A DNA stretch of 30,984 bases from Gemmatimonadota bacterium. Lineage in GTDB: Bacteria > Gemmatimonadota > Gemmatimonadetes > Gemmatimonadales > Gemmatimonadaceae. Both the position numbers and the translations under genes were made by a program. The DNA lies in NCBI GenBank assembly GCA_031372565.1, contig JANMLN010000035.1, forward strand, positions 1 to 30,984. The letters are read 5' to 3'. Positions 10,272-18,929 of the stretch are shown one piece after another (the first letter of the stretch is position 1; each line of letters opens with the position of its first letter). The notes under the pieces were generated by a model. That model saw only the letters and a program-made list of their open reading frames with translations, searched no databases and was not told the origin of the DNA.

Positions 10272-11498
10272 ATGCTGGTGCTCTACGACGACGCGTCGGC
10301 GCGCGGCTTCGAGCCGTTTGCCCTGACGCGGCCGCTGGGCGAGGTGCGCGCGGGTGCAGAGCTGATCCGCAAGCGATGGGAAACGGCGATGGGGATCAGC
10401 TGTGAGGGACATCTCGCCGCACCGCATCTGACCGACTTTGACGAGGCATCCGCTCCTCGCGTGCTCACCGTCGATCGGTTACCTGCGGGGACGATCATCG
10501 CGAACAGCCGCTTCGCACCGTCGCTGGTGTCCAGCGTCGACGGAGCCGGCGCGTGGAGCTGGGACGGCGAGATCGTCGCCGTCCGGCTGGCGGCCGAGAT
10601 CGACGCCGCACGGTTTGTCGATGGCGCGCTCTCGCTTTCCGCCCTGGTGCCGCCCGGCGCCGACGTGCGCGAGTTGGGCGGCCACTGGCTGCGCGCGGTC
10701 TGGGACCTCGTGGGGTTGTTGCATGCCATGTTGCTCGTCGACGTTCCGCTGTTGGCGCAGGAGTTGATGGTCAGCGGCGCTCCCGCGCACGCCACGGTGA
10801 TCGGGTCGCACGAGGTCTTCGTGGAAGCCGGCGCGCACGTCGAGCCGTACGTCGTGCTGGACGCGACGGCCGGCCCGATTCTGCTGCGCAAGGGCGCGAC
10901 CGTGCAGTCGTTCACGCGGCTGGTGGGCCCGGCGTTCGTCGGCGAAGGCTCCACGGTGGTGGGAGATCGCATCGCCTGCGTGAGCATCGGCGAGACCTGC
11001 AAGGTGCACGGTGAGGTGAGCACGACGATCTTCACCGGCCACTCGAACAAGGGTCATGACGGATTCGTCGGTCACTCCGTGCTGGGCCGCTGGGTGAACC
11101 TCGGCGCCGGCACGATCACGAGCAATCTCAAGAACACGTACGGCACCGTCGCGTTGTGGACGCCGGAGGGGGTGCGCGACAGCGGACTGCAGTTCCTCGG
11201 CACGCTGTTCGGCGATCACGTGAAGACGGGTATCGGGATGCGACTCACGACGGGGTGCGTGCTCGGCGCCGGGGCCAACGTGTTCGACCAGATGACGCCG
11301 AAGGCCGTGCGACCGTTTGCGTGGGGGAGCCACGCGCCCTACGCCACCTACGCGCTCGACAAGTTCCTCGATGTCGCCGCGCGGATGATGGCGCGCCGGC
11401 AGGTGGAATTGAGCGCTGCCGGGCGAACCCAGCTGGCGGCCGCGCACGCGCGCGCGCAGGAGCCGACGGTGGCCGCGCAATGGTCCGGCACCGCGTGA
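10272..11498 (+). CDS. GlmU-like putative sugar nucleotidyltransferase/acyltransferase with left-handed beta-helix
   Basis: N-terminal FEPFALTRPLGEVRAGA, hexapeptide repeats, and NKGHDGFVGHSVLGRWVNLGAGTITSNLKNTY similar to the GlmU acetyltransferase region. Lacks the canonical LAAG.GTR nucleotidyltransferase motif. Confidence 0.75.
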   Translation: MLVLYDDASARGFEPFALTRPLGEVRAGAELIRKRWETAMGISCEGHLAAPHLTDFDEASAPRVLTVDRLPAGTIIANSRFAPSLVSSVDGAGAWSWDGEIVAVRLAAEIDAARFVDGALSLSALVPPGADVRELGGHWLRAVWDLVGLLHAMLLVDVPLLAQELMVSGAPAHATVIGSHEVFVEAGAHVEPYVVLDATAGPILLRKGATVQSFTRLVGPAFVGEGSTVVGDRIACVSIGETCKVHGEVSTTIFTGHSNKGHDGFVGHSVLGRWVNLGAGTITSNLKNTYGTVALWTPEGVRDSGLQFLGTLFGDHVKTGIGMRLTTGCVLGAGANVFDQMTPKAVRPFAWGSHAPYATYALDKFLDVAARMMARRQVELSAAGRTQLAAAHARAQEPTVAAQWSGTA

Positions 11499-11520
11499 TC
11501 TCGCCGGGTCCGGCCGCGCG

Positions 11521-12354
11521 ATGAAGGTCTGGGTGCTCGCGAGCGGGAGCAGCGCGAACGCCCTCGTGATCGAGGCGGGCGGCGAGCGGCTGCTCGTCGA
11601 CTGCGGACTGGGACCGCGCGTGCTGGCTCGCAAGCTCCGCGCCGTCGGGATTCCGCCGGAGTCCGTGGGCGGCGTGGCGATCACGCACGAACACTCCGAC
11701 CACATTCACGGCCTCAAGAAGGCCTGCGACAGCTGGCGCTGGCCGGTGCTCACGAGTGCCGGGACGCACGCAGCACTCGGCGCCATGGGCGTGCGCGGCA
11801 GCGCGGGCGGCGGCGCGCGGAAGATCGTGCTCACGAGCGGCCAGCCCATCGCGCACGGCGCGCTCGACGTGATGGGGGTGCGCATCCAGCACGACGCCGC
11901 CGAGCCGATGGCGATGGTGGTCACCTGCCGGACGAGCGGCGCGCGCGTGGCGGTGGCCACGGACATCGGCGAGATCTCACGCGGCGTCCTCGCGGCCTTC
12001 GAGCGCGTGGATGCGCTGGTGCTCGAGTCGAACCACGACGTGCAGATGCTCGCGGCGGGGCCGTATCCGCCCTTCCTGAAGCAGCGCATCGCGGCGCGCA
12101 CGGGGCACTTGTCGAATGCCGATTGTGCGCTGGCGCTCGAGGCGATCGCGCATGCGGGGCTCGGACACATCGTGCTGGCGCACTTGAGCGAGGTGAACAA
12201 CACCCCCGAGGCGGCGCGCGCGAGCGCCGCGGCGGCGTTGCGGAAGGCGGGATGGCGCGGCAAGCTGGCGATCGCGGCACCCGAGGGGTTGGTGAACGGG
12301 TTCGAAGTCGGGTCGAGTGCGATGGCGGAGCGCCAGCTCGGGCTGGCCATCTAG
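11521..12354 (+). CDS. Metallo-beta-lactamase-fold hydrolase, YycJ/WalJ-like
   Basis: LASGSSAN, VDCG, THEHSDH (HxHxDH), HDAAEP, TDIG, ESNHD, GPYP, GHLSN and HLSEVNN, the YycJ-family motif set. Confidence 0.85.
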   Translation: MKVWVLASGSSANALVIEAGGERLLVDCGLGPRVLARKLRAVGIPPESVGGVAITHEHSDHIHGLKKACDSWRWPVLTSAGTHAALGAMGVRGSAGGGARKIVLTSGQPIAHGALDVMGVRIQHDAAEPMAMVVTCRTSGARVAVATDIGEISRGVLAAFERVDALVLESNHDVQMLAAGPYPPFLKQRIAARTGHLSNADCALALEAIAHAGLGHIVLAHLSEVNNTPEAARASAAAALRKAGWRGKLAIAAPEGLVNGFEVGSSAMAERQLGLAI

Positions 12355-12441
12355 GGGACGATCATCACCGTGCCGACCCGCCCGCAGCCGTAGCACCGGC
12401 CGCCCTCTCGCGCCCCGCAGGCGCCCGGTGCACATTGCGGG

Positions 12442-13518
12442 ATGCGCTCTCTTCGCCTCACTGCCGTGCTGCTGACGCTCGCCGCCGGCGGCACGATTGC
12501 CTCGGCCCAAGGCGCCGCGACGCGCCCGACCAACGACCTGCCGAACCCGTACCGCACGGTGGAGGGTTGGGCCTCCCTGCCCGCTGGCCTCGCGTGGGGC
12601 TCGCTCAGCGCGGTCGACATCGACAAGGATGGACAGAGCATCTGGGTCGCCGAACGGTGCGGCGCCAACAGCTGCCTTGGCTCCACGCGAAACCCGATCA
12701 TGAAGTTTGATGCGTCGGGCAAGATGCTGACCAGCTTCGGCGCGGGGCTGATGGTCTTTCCGCATGGTATCCACGTCGATCGCGACGGCAACATCTGGGT
12801 GACCGACGGCCAGGACAACATGCCGCGCCGGGCGCGGGGCGACACATCCACGGATCCCCTTCCGGCGCCGACGACGAAGATCGGCCACCAGATCTTCAAG
12901 TTCAGTCCCGCGGGTAAGCTGCTGCTCACGCTCGGCGTGCCGGGTGGTTCGACGACGACCTGCTGCTATCAGCCCAACGACGTGATCGTGGCGCCGAACG
13001 GCACGATCATTCTCGCCGAAGGGCATGGCAACACGCACGCGCGCATCGTCGAGTTCACCAAGGACGGGACGTTCAAGCGCGCCTGGGGCCAGCATGGCGC
13101 GGGCGCGGACGACTTCGACCAGCCGCATGCGCTCGCCATGGACTCCAAGGGCCGGTTGTTCGTCGGCGACCGCAGCAACAATCGCGTGAAGGTGTTCTCG
13201 ACCGAGATGAAGCTCGTCGAGACGTGGACGCAGTTCTCCCGACCGAGCGGGCTCTGGATCGACGGCAACGACATGCTCTACGTTGCCGACTCGGAGTCCG
13301 GGTGGGTGGAACCCAAGCGGCCCGAGTGGAAGCGCGGCATCCGCATCGGGAGCGTCAAGGATGGCGTCGTCCGCTCTCTGATTCCGGATCCGGCCACGAC
13401 ACCGCCATCCAACCTCACCAGTTCCGCCGAGGGCGTGGCGGTGGATCGGAAGGGGAACGTGTTCGGCGCGGAGGTTGGACAGAAGGCACTGAAGCGGTAC
13501 GAGAAGACCGGCAAGTAG
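12442..13518 (+). CDS. Secreted NHL-repeat beta-propeller (peptidyl-alpha-hydroxyglycine alpha-amidating lyase-like family)
   Basis: Sec signal ending ASA-Q. NHL blades FPHGIHVDRDGNIWVTD, QPNDVIVAPNG, QPHALAMDSKGRLFVGDRSNNRV, RPSGLWIDGNDMLYVADS and AEGVAVDRKGNVF. Confidence 0.85.
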   Translation: MRSLRLTAVLLTLAAGGTIASAQGAATRPTNDLPNPYRTVEGWASLPAGLAWGSLSAVDIDKDGQSIWVAERCGANSCLGSTRNPIMKFDASGKMLTSFGAGLMVFPHGIHVDRDGNIWVTDGQDNMPRRARGDTSTDPLPAPTTKIGHQIFKFSPAGKLLLTLGVPGGSTTTCCYQPNDVIVAPNGTIILAEGHGNTHARIVEFTKDGTFKRAWGQHGAGADDFDQPHALAMDSKGRLFVGDRSNNRVKVFSTEMKLVETWTQFSRPSGLWIDGNDMLYVADSESGWVEPKRPEWKRGIRIGSVKDGVVRSLIPDPATTPPSNLTSSAEGVAVDRKGNVFGAEVGQKALKRYEKTGK

Positions 13519-13567
13519 GACCCACGATCAACGGCATCGCCTCAGGGGCCATGCGGGAGCAGGCTGG

Positions 13568-14722
13568 ATGAGCGGATCACACGACGTCTCGCGACGCGGA
13601 TTCATGGGACGGATGGCGGGGGTGGCCGGCGTGCTGGCCCTCCCACCGGACCTCGCACGCTGGACGGAGGCGCACCGCGCGCCGGCACCACCACGCCTGC
13701 TCGGCGCCGCCGACGAGTACGACGCCTTCGCGAAGCTGGCGTTCAACGAGAATCCGTACGGTCCGAGCGCGCAGGTCATGAAGGCGATGAACGATGCCTT
13801 CAAGTACGCGAACCGGTACGGGTATCCAGATTCCGGCCTGATGGCCGAGATCACCAAGCTGCACGACCTTCCGCCCGAGATGGTCCTGCTCGGGTCGGGA
13901 TCGGGCGAGCTGCTCGACGCCGTGAACCTCGCATTCCTGGTCGACGGCAAGAAGGTGCTGGGCAGCGACCCCTCGTACAACGAGGTGTTTCAGCACGCCA
14001 CTCGGATCAAGGCAGAATCGATCAAGGTGCCGCTCCGCGCCGACTACACGCAGGACATTCCGGCCATCATCCAGATTGCCAATGCGCGGGCGAAGGAGAT
14101 CGGCTTCGTGTACATCTGCAATCCGAACAACCCGACGGGTCGCACCGTACCGGCGGCGGAGATCCAGACGCTGCTCGACGGGATCCCGGCGGGCATGCCC
14201 GTGCTCATCGACGAGGCCTATCATCATTTCGTGGACGATCCGGCCTACGCGACATCGCTGCCACACGTACGCGCCGGACGACCGGTGATCATTGCGCGCA
14301 CCTTCTCGAAGATCGCGGCGCTGGCCGGCATCCGCCTCGGGTACGCGATGGCGCCCAAGGCGATGCTCGATGCCATGCGCGTGAAGATGACGGGCAACGT
14401 GAACGCGCTCGCGCGGTATGCGGGCGCGGCGGCGCTGCGGGATACCGAGGCGCAGGCCAAGGTCCGGGAGGTGACGCTCACCCTCCGTCGCAAGACGACC
14501 GCGGAACTCGAGCGGCGCGGCTTCGCCGTGATTCCGTCCGAGGCCAATTTCTTCATGGTGCATCTGCGCCGGCCGGTGGCCCCGGTGATCGCGGCCTTCC
14601 GCACCAAGGGGGTGCTCGTCGGCCGACCGTTCCCGCCGATGACCGAGCATCTGCGTGTCTCGATTGGCACGCCCGACGAGTTGGCGCGCTTCCTGGCCGC
14701 CTGGCCGCAGGTCGTGACCTGA
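13568..14722 (+). CDS. Class I/II PLP-dependent aminotransferase (HisC-like) with twin-arginine signal peptide
   Basis: SRRGFM Tat motif followed by a hydrophobic region. NENPYGPS, NRY, ICNPNNPTG, IDEAY, RTFSK (PLP Lys), GIRLGY and LRVSIG. Confidence 0.88.
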   Translation: MSGSHDVSRRGFMGRMAGVAGVLALPPDLARWTEAHRAPAPPRLLGAADEYDAFAKLAFNENPYGPSAQVMKAMNDAFKYANRYGYPDSGLMAEITKLHDLPPEMVLLGSGSGELLDAVNLAFLVDGKKVLGSDPSYNEVFQHATRIKAESIKVPLRADYTQDIPAIIQIANARAKEIGFVYICNPNNPTGRTVPAAEIQTLLDGIPAGMPVLIDEAYHHFVDDPAYATSLPHVRAGRPVIIARTFSKIAALAGIRLGYAMAPKAMLDAMRVKMTGNVNALARYAGAAALRDTEAQAKVREVTLTLRRKTTAELERRGFAVIPSEANFFMVHLRRPVAPVIAAFRTKGVLVGRPFPPMTEHLRVSIGTPDELARFLAAWPQVVT

Positions 14723-14754
14723 GCGTTCATCGCGCCGCGCGCGCCATCGATGCA

Positions 14755-14792
14755 ACGAGGGCCGCGCTTCCAACCGGAAGCGCGGCCCTCGT
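14755..14792. terminator. Hairpin between convergent genes, probable bidirectional terminator
   Basis: Perfect 17 bp inverted repeat ACGAGGGCCGCGCTTCC-aacc-GGAAGCGCGGCCCTCGT with only short U-rich tails (CGTTTCC on +). Confidence 0.7.
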
Positions 14793-14812
14793 CGTTTCCC
14801 TGCGTGTCGTGA

Positions 14813-17038
14813 CTACTTGGCCGGGAGCGTGAGCGCCACGAGGCTCGTCTTGTCGCCCGAGCCGGTGGCGAAGACGATGTACTGCTTGCCCTGATGCATG
14901 AACGTCATGGGCACCGCCGTGTTGATCGCGGGAATGCTCACCGTTCCCACGACCTTGCCGGTGGCCTTGTCGGTGGCGTACAGCTGCGGGCCCGGATTGG
15001 TGGCGCTCCGCACGACGCGTCCCGTGCCCGTGCGCCCGACGCCGTGGATGACGAGCGACTTGGTCACGATCACCTCGGCCTGCCCGTTCAGCAGTGGCAC
15101 CATCGGCAGCTTGACTCCGGCAAAGAGCGGGTCCGTGCTGGCCTGCTGGCGCCAGAGGTTGCCGTTCGGAATCCACCACTTCTTGTCGCCCGTATTCATG
15201 TCGTACGCGGTCAGTCCGCCGAATTCGCGCGGCTTGAGGATCGGCACGCCGCCGATGGACGTTGGCGCCGCCGGCGCGAACGCCTGCCGGATGTCCTTCT
15301 TCTTGTAGCCGGCCGGCGCCGGCAGCGCGCCCGGCAGCCCGCAGCTGTCGTGCACCTGACTGAAGCGATGCGCGGAACACGGGTCCTTCGCGACTTCAAT
15401 CGTGGCGAGGCCGGTCTGGCTGCCGACATAGATCATGCCGGTCTCGGGATCGACAGCGGCACCGCCGTCGATGTTGACGCCGCCGGAGGCGCCGGGGGAG
15501 TACCACGAGCACGGCAGCTTCCCTTCCCGGTGCGGCTCCTCGAGCGCCGGCGGGATGTAATACGGCCCCATGCGGCACAGGCGCGCGATCTTGAGCGCCG
15601 AGTCCCTGATGGCTGGCGTGTAGTCGATGAGGTCGGCTTCCTGGAGCCCTTGCTGCGAGTAGGGTGCCGGCCGGCTCGGGATCGGCTGCGTCTTGGCCGC
15701 GACCTCGCCCGGCACGTCGCTCGCAAGCACGGGGGTCTCGGGCGTGGGCCAGACCGGCTCGCCGGTGACGCGATCCAGCGTGTAGATCCATCCCTGCTTG
15801 GTCGTCTGCGCGAGAATCTTGCGGGGCTTTCCACCGATGGTGACGTCCATCAGGTTGGGCGCCATGGGCGTGTCGTAGTCCCAGATGTCGTGGTGCACCA
15901 TCTGGTAGTGCCACTTTCGCTTGCCGGTCTTTGCGTCGATGGCGACGACGGAGTTGCCGTACAGGTTGTCGCCCGGTCGGTGACCGCCGTACTCATCGGA
16001 GAGCGGCATCCCGACGGGTATGTACACGAGCCCGAGTTCGGGATCGGCGGAGTAGGTCGACCACGCGTCATTCTTGCCTGTTCCCGGCGTGCCCGGCTTG
16101 CTGCCGTTCTTCCACGTCTCCGCGCCAAACTCGCCGGGCTGCGGAATCAGGTTGAACTTCCAGAGCTGCTTGCCCGTATGGATATCGTACCCGCGGATGA
16201 TGCCGCCGATGTTCGACATGCGCAGCGGCCAGTAGCCGTGCATCGCGGAGTTGCCGACGACGATCACGTCGCCGACGATGACGGGTGGTGAGCTGGCCGC
16301 AATCTGGCCATGCTTGGGATCGATGCCCACGGAACCATCCGCACCGGTCCGCGTGGCGGCATTCCACTTTTCGCCTGGCTTCGCGCGCCGAAGCGGCGCG
16401 GCCTCCGAGATGATCAGCTCGCCCGTGTCATCCACGGCGAGCGGCACGAGCGGGTAGCCGAGACCCTCCTGCAGGTCGACGATGCCATTCTTCCCGACCT
16501 TGGGGTCGGGCAGGCCGGTCTTGGCATCGAGCACGGCCATGTGATAGCCCGGCGTCACAACCACCGCGCGTTCTTCGACGCCATCCGTCCAGTAGGCGAG
16601 GCCGCGCCCCGCGAAGCGCCGAGGGGCCTTTTGCCACCGGATGCCTTCATCGGTCTGCCACGTCCAGAGCGTGGAACCATCGACCGGGTTGATCGCATAC
16701 GCGCCGCGTCGGCTGGTCGCCACGGTGAGAATGCGCCCGTTCGCGAAGAGCGGCGTCGCGCGGTAGTACTCGTCGGCGCCGAACTGCCCGGCCTTCCACT
16801 CCCACGCCACCTGCAGCAGGCTGAAGTTGGTGGCATTCACCTGATCCAGCGGTGAGTAGCGCGAGCTCCATGCGTCGCCGCCCCAGTAGCGCCACTCGCC
16901 CGGCGCATTGCCGCGCACGAGCGCGTTCCCGTCACGCGCACTCGAGACCACCGGGCGCGCGAGGACCAGCGCACCGGTTGCCAACAGGATGGCGGCCACG
17001 AAACCGCCTGCACTCCATCGTCTTGCCTGACGCGTCAT
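14813..17038 (-). CDS. PQQ-dependent dehydrogenase of the membrane-bound glucose/quinate/shikimate dehydrogenase family, signal-peptide form
   Basis: WRYWGGD..SRYSPLDQVN..N...LQVAW, ATPL, RGLAYW, SSPPVIVGDVIVVG, DEYGGHRPGDNLYGNSVVAIDAKTGKRKWHYQMVHHDIWDYD, KQGWIYTLDR, SQ/TQPIP and PMTFMHQGKQYIV. A single N-terminal hydrophobic segment replaces the five TM helices. Confidence 0.9.
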   Translation of the reverse strand: MTRQARRWSAGGFVAAILLATGALVLARPVVSSARDGNALVRGNAPGEWRYWGGDAWSSRYSPLDQVNATNFSLLQVAWEWKAGQFGADEYYRATPLFANGRILTVATSRRGAYAINPVDGSTLWTWQTDEGIRWQKAPRRFAGRGLAYWTDGVEERAVVVTPGYHMAVLDAKTGLPDPKVGKNGIVDLQEGLGYPLVPLAVDDTGELIISEAAPLRRAKPGEKWNAATRTGADGSVGIDPKHGQIAASSPPVIVGDVIVVGNSAMHGYWPLRMSNIGGIIRGYDIHTGKQLWKFNLIPQPGEFGAETWKNGSKPGTPGTGKNDAWSTYSADPELGLVYIPVGMPLSDEYGGHRPGDNLYGNSVVAIDAKTGKRKWHYQMVHHDIWDYDTPMAPNLMDVTIGGKPRKILAQTTKQGWIYTLDRVTGEPVWPTPETPVLASDVPGEVAAKTQPIPSRPAPYSQQGLQEADLIDYTPAIRDSALKIARLCRMGPYYIPPALEEPHREGKLPCSWYSPGASGGVNIDGGAAVDPETGMIYVGSQTGLATIEVAKDPCSAHRFSQVHDSCGLPGALPAPAGYKKKDIRQAFAPAAPTSIGGVPILKPREFGGLTAYDMNTGDKKWWIPNGNLWRQQASTDPLFAGVKLPMVPLLNGQAEVIVTKSLVIHGVGRTGTGRVVRSATNPGPQLYATDKATGKVVGTVSIPAINTAVPMTFMHQGKQYIVFATGSGDKTSLVALTLPAK

Positions 17039-17541
17039 CGCTTGGCCCTCTTGGGGGGTGGCGGGAACTGGATCCGAACGAGTTGCATGGCCGCCGGATC
17101 GGGCACGAGTTCAGTCCGGCCGACCGGTGCCTGATTGAGCAGCAGGATGTACGCAAGCAGGTCCGCATACGACTCCGGCGGAAGACTCGCCGGCTCGTTC
17201 TTGGGCATGCGCGTGCTGACGAATGTGTAGAGGTCGGACAGGGGGCGTCCAGCCCAGTGGCCGCGAAAGACCGGCCCGGTATGCGCCACGGCCACGTGGC
17301 ATGACTGGCAGAGCGGAAGGTAGAGCTCCTTGCCGCGATCGGCCTGCTCTGCGGTGAAGACACCGGTCAGGATGGTCGGCAACGCTCGCTGCGCCGCGGG
17401 AGCCGTGGGCGGCGTGCCCTGTGGCGGGGCGGGCGTCAGTGCCGACGGACGTGCGCCCTGCGCGCCGGCGGCAGGCACCGCGACGCTCGCGCATCCTGCG
17501 GCCATGCCCACGCACCGGAGCGCTCGCAGCACGCGGCTCAT
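17035..17541 (-). CDS. Monoheme c-type cytochrome, exported
   Basis: Signal peptide (AGA-Q), Pro/Ala linker, GVFTAEQADRGKELY, CQSCH heme motif and distal Met candidate in TRMP. ATGA overlaps on both sides. Confidence 0.88.
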   Translation of the reverse strand: MSRVLRALRCVGMAAGCASVAVPAAGAQGARPSALTPAPPQGTPPTAPAAQRALPTILTGVFTAEQADRGKELYLPLCQSCHVAVAHTGPVFRGHWAGRPLSDLYTFVSTRMPKNEPASLPPESYADLLAYILLLNQAPVGRTELVPDPAAMQLVRIQFPPPPKRAKR

Positions 17542-18929
17542 GCGACCTCACGGGGCGTGAGTCGCAGCCACATGGCCAGCCGATGCATCCCCCAGAGCGC
17601 CGCCGCGGCAATCACCACGACCACGCCCCCCTTGAGGAGCGCCACGGTAAAGGCGGCATCGCGCACCGGCAGGTCGAACGGATAACGGCGCAGGATCTCC
17701 CACCGTTCAACCATCCAGTGCCACGCGCTGTGCCCCACCAGCGCGCTCGCCACCACGATCGCCGTGCGCTCGACGGGGAGCCACGTGAGCGCCAGGTTGA
17801 GCACCGGAACGAGGACGGCAAGCACGGCAAGCTGGCCAGCTTCGACCCCCAGATTGAAACCGAGGAGGGCGCTGGCGAGATGACCGCCCGCGAACTGCAG
17901 GCTCTCGCGCAAGGCAAACGAGAAGCCGAAGCCGTGCACGAGCCCGAAGCCGAAGGCCGCCATCCACCGCCTGTCGCCAGACAGGCCGAGCACGTTGGCG
18001 ATCGCCATGGCCACGATGGACACGGCAATCAACCACTCCACCATGGGAGGAAACCAACTCACATCGGGCGCGACGCCGGCTGCGGACGCGGCCAAGGTGA
18101 TGGAGTGCGCCACGGTGAAGGCGGTCACGACGCCGACGAGCGGGCGCCACCGTCGGAACGGAATCACGAGCGCGAACAGGAACAGCAGGTGATCCACACC
18201 GTCGAGAATGTGCCGGAGCCCGCGCACCGCAAAACTCCAGACGACGTCGATCAATCCCGGATCGAGCCGAATCGCCCCTTGGTCGCCCTCATAGAGCATG
18301 GTCCGATCGGTGCCGTCGGCATCGATGACGTGCAGGATCGTCGTGGTCCGCTGCCCCAGGCGTGCGAAGGCCGGCCGGATGCTCAGTCGCGGTGCGCCGG
18401 CCGAGACCGATGCCTCGAGGGCGACGTCGAGCCACGCGCGTCGCCACGGCACCTCCGCGCTGTCGGGCAGCGGCGGGGCCGCCAGGTGCGCCTCGGCCTC
18501 CGCCCATGTCGCAAAGCTGCGATCGGTCGGCTGGCCGATCCGCACCGCCGTCACGGACGGGCCGTTGACGCGCTGGCCGTCCTGCAGCACCGCGAGCTCA
18601 TCGGCGATCCAGGTGCGTGCGGCGCCGGGCAGGAGCGTGGTCGCCTGCGCGAGATCCATGGCGCCCGGGGCGCGCTCCGGGAAGTCGATGTCGCGCACGG
18701 CGTCCAGCGGGATCCGCACCAGGATGCGGACCCGGGCGGCGTCGGCCTTCACGAAGGCCACGGCGACCACGGTCGCGGGAATCTCGTGCGCACCCAACGC
18801 CCGCACGCCGCCGACGAGCAAGACGGCGATGGCGGCCAACGCCAGCGCCGCACGCCTCACCAGCGATTGGCAAAGCGCGGACGTCTGACGCACTCGGTCA
18901 CCGGGTGGTATTCTCTGGCCATCGCGCAC
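17538..18929 (-). CDS. HupE/UreJ-family membrane protein with N-terminal extracytoplasmic domain (start uncertain: 18929, 18893 or 18860)
   Basis: Signal peptide ending ALGA-HEIP. Motifs GLRHILDGVDHLLFLFAL, FTVAHSITL, VEWLIAVSI, FGLVHGFGF and FNLGVEAGQL, with multiple TM helices. Confidence 0.85.
   Translation of the reverse strand: MRDGQRIPPGDRVRQTSALCQSLVRRAALALAAIAVLLVGGVRALGAHEIPATVVAVAFVKADAARVRILVRIPLDAVRDIDFPERAPGAMDLAQATTLLPGAARTWIADELAVLQDGQRVNGPSVTAVRIGQPTDRSFATWAEAEAHLAAPPLPDSAEVPWRRAWLDVALEASVSAGAPRLSIRPAFARLGQRTTTILHVIDADGTDRTMLYEGDQGAIRLDPGLIDVVWSFAVRGLRHILDGVDHLLFLFALVIPFRRWRPLVGVVTAFTVAHSITLAASAAGVAPDVSWFPPMVEWLIAVSIVAMAIANVLGLSGDRRWMAAFGFGLVHGFGFSFALRESLQFAGGHLASALLGFNLGVEAGQLAVLAVLVPVLNLALTWLPVERTAIVVASALVGHSAWHWMVERWEILRRYPFDLPVRDAAFTVALLKGGVVVVIAAAALWGMHRLAMWLRLTPREVA

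Noticed and set aside
12393..12431. Imperfect hairpin GCACCGGCCGCC...GGCGCCCGGTGC between the MBL and NHL genes
   Set aside because: It has a mismatch, a large loop and no U-tract, and is plausible by chance at this GC content. No riboswitch consensus was recognised.
13568..14722. Calling the aminotransferase hisC
   Set aside because: It has a Tat leader and no his genes nearby, so only the fold family is supported.
17538..18929. Hydrogenase or urease cluster implied by HupE/UreJ
   Set aside because: No hydrogenase, urease or maturation genes are in the window.
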